A program made the translations under genes and the position numbers. Of a stretch of 64,000 nucleotides of DNA, positions 63,891 to 64,000 are shown piece by piece; the first letter of the stretch is position 1; every line of letters starts with the position of its first letter. Location of the stretch: assembly GCF_009914755.1 (NCBI RefSeq), contig NC_060939.1, one strand, 5' to 3'. Origin of the DNA: the human T2T-CHM13v2.0 reference genome, Homo sapiens. The notes beneath the pieces are model-generated. The model was not told the DNA's origin, did no database searches, and worked only from the letters and a program-made list of their open reading frames with translations.

Positions 63891-64000
63891 AGTTCAAAAA
63901 TCAAAGCCCTTATGAATTTGGACATATGATTTGATTTCTTTTGTAGACCTTGATTTCTTCACCTGTAAAAATGGAATAATAGTATGATTCCTATCTCAGT
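63891..64000 (+). mobile_element. MIR (ancient tRNA-derived SINE) core fragment, running off the window end
   Basis: 'tgaatttggacatatgatttgatttc...ccttgatttcttcacctgtaaaaatggaataatagtatgattcctatctca' is colinear with the MIR core 'tgaccttgggcaagttacttaacctctctg..cctcagtttcctcatctgtaaaatggggataataatagtacctacctca'. Confidence 0.75.

Overview
This window is primate (very probably human) centromeric or pericentromeric alpha satellite, not coding DNA. Bases 1-~63,630 are one head-to-tail array of ~171-bp monomers, in reverse orientation to the usual ALR consensus. The monomers form a highly homogeneous 20-monomer higher-order repeat (HOR) of 3,414/3,415 bp, with 18 complete copies and a truncated, more diverged 19th. 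I found no CENP-B box; the box position carries pJ-alpha/A-type sequence, as in SF4-type arrays. Two adjacent copies are 22-mer variants (3,757 bp) produced by a 342-bp duplication. A perfect 22-bp palindrome sits in one monomer and coincides with a dense cluster of variants that defines two HOR haplotypes. Shared SNPs record several recent local duplications and conversion patches. At ~63,630 the array stops abruptly, just after a 186-bp deletion, against ancient mammalian repeats (an L1M-type 3' end and a MIR) with no monomeric alpha layer between. All listed ORFs are by-products of the repeat. No gene, RNA gene or CRISPR array is supported.
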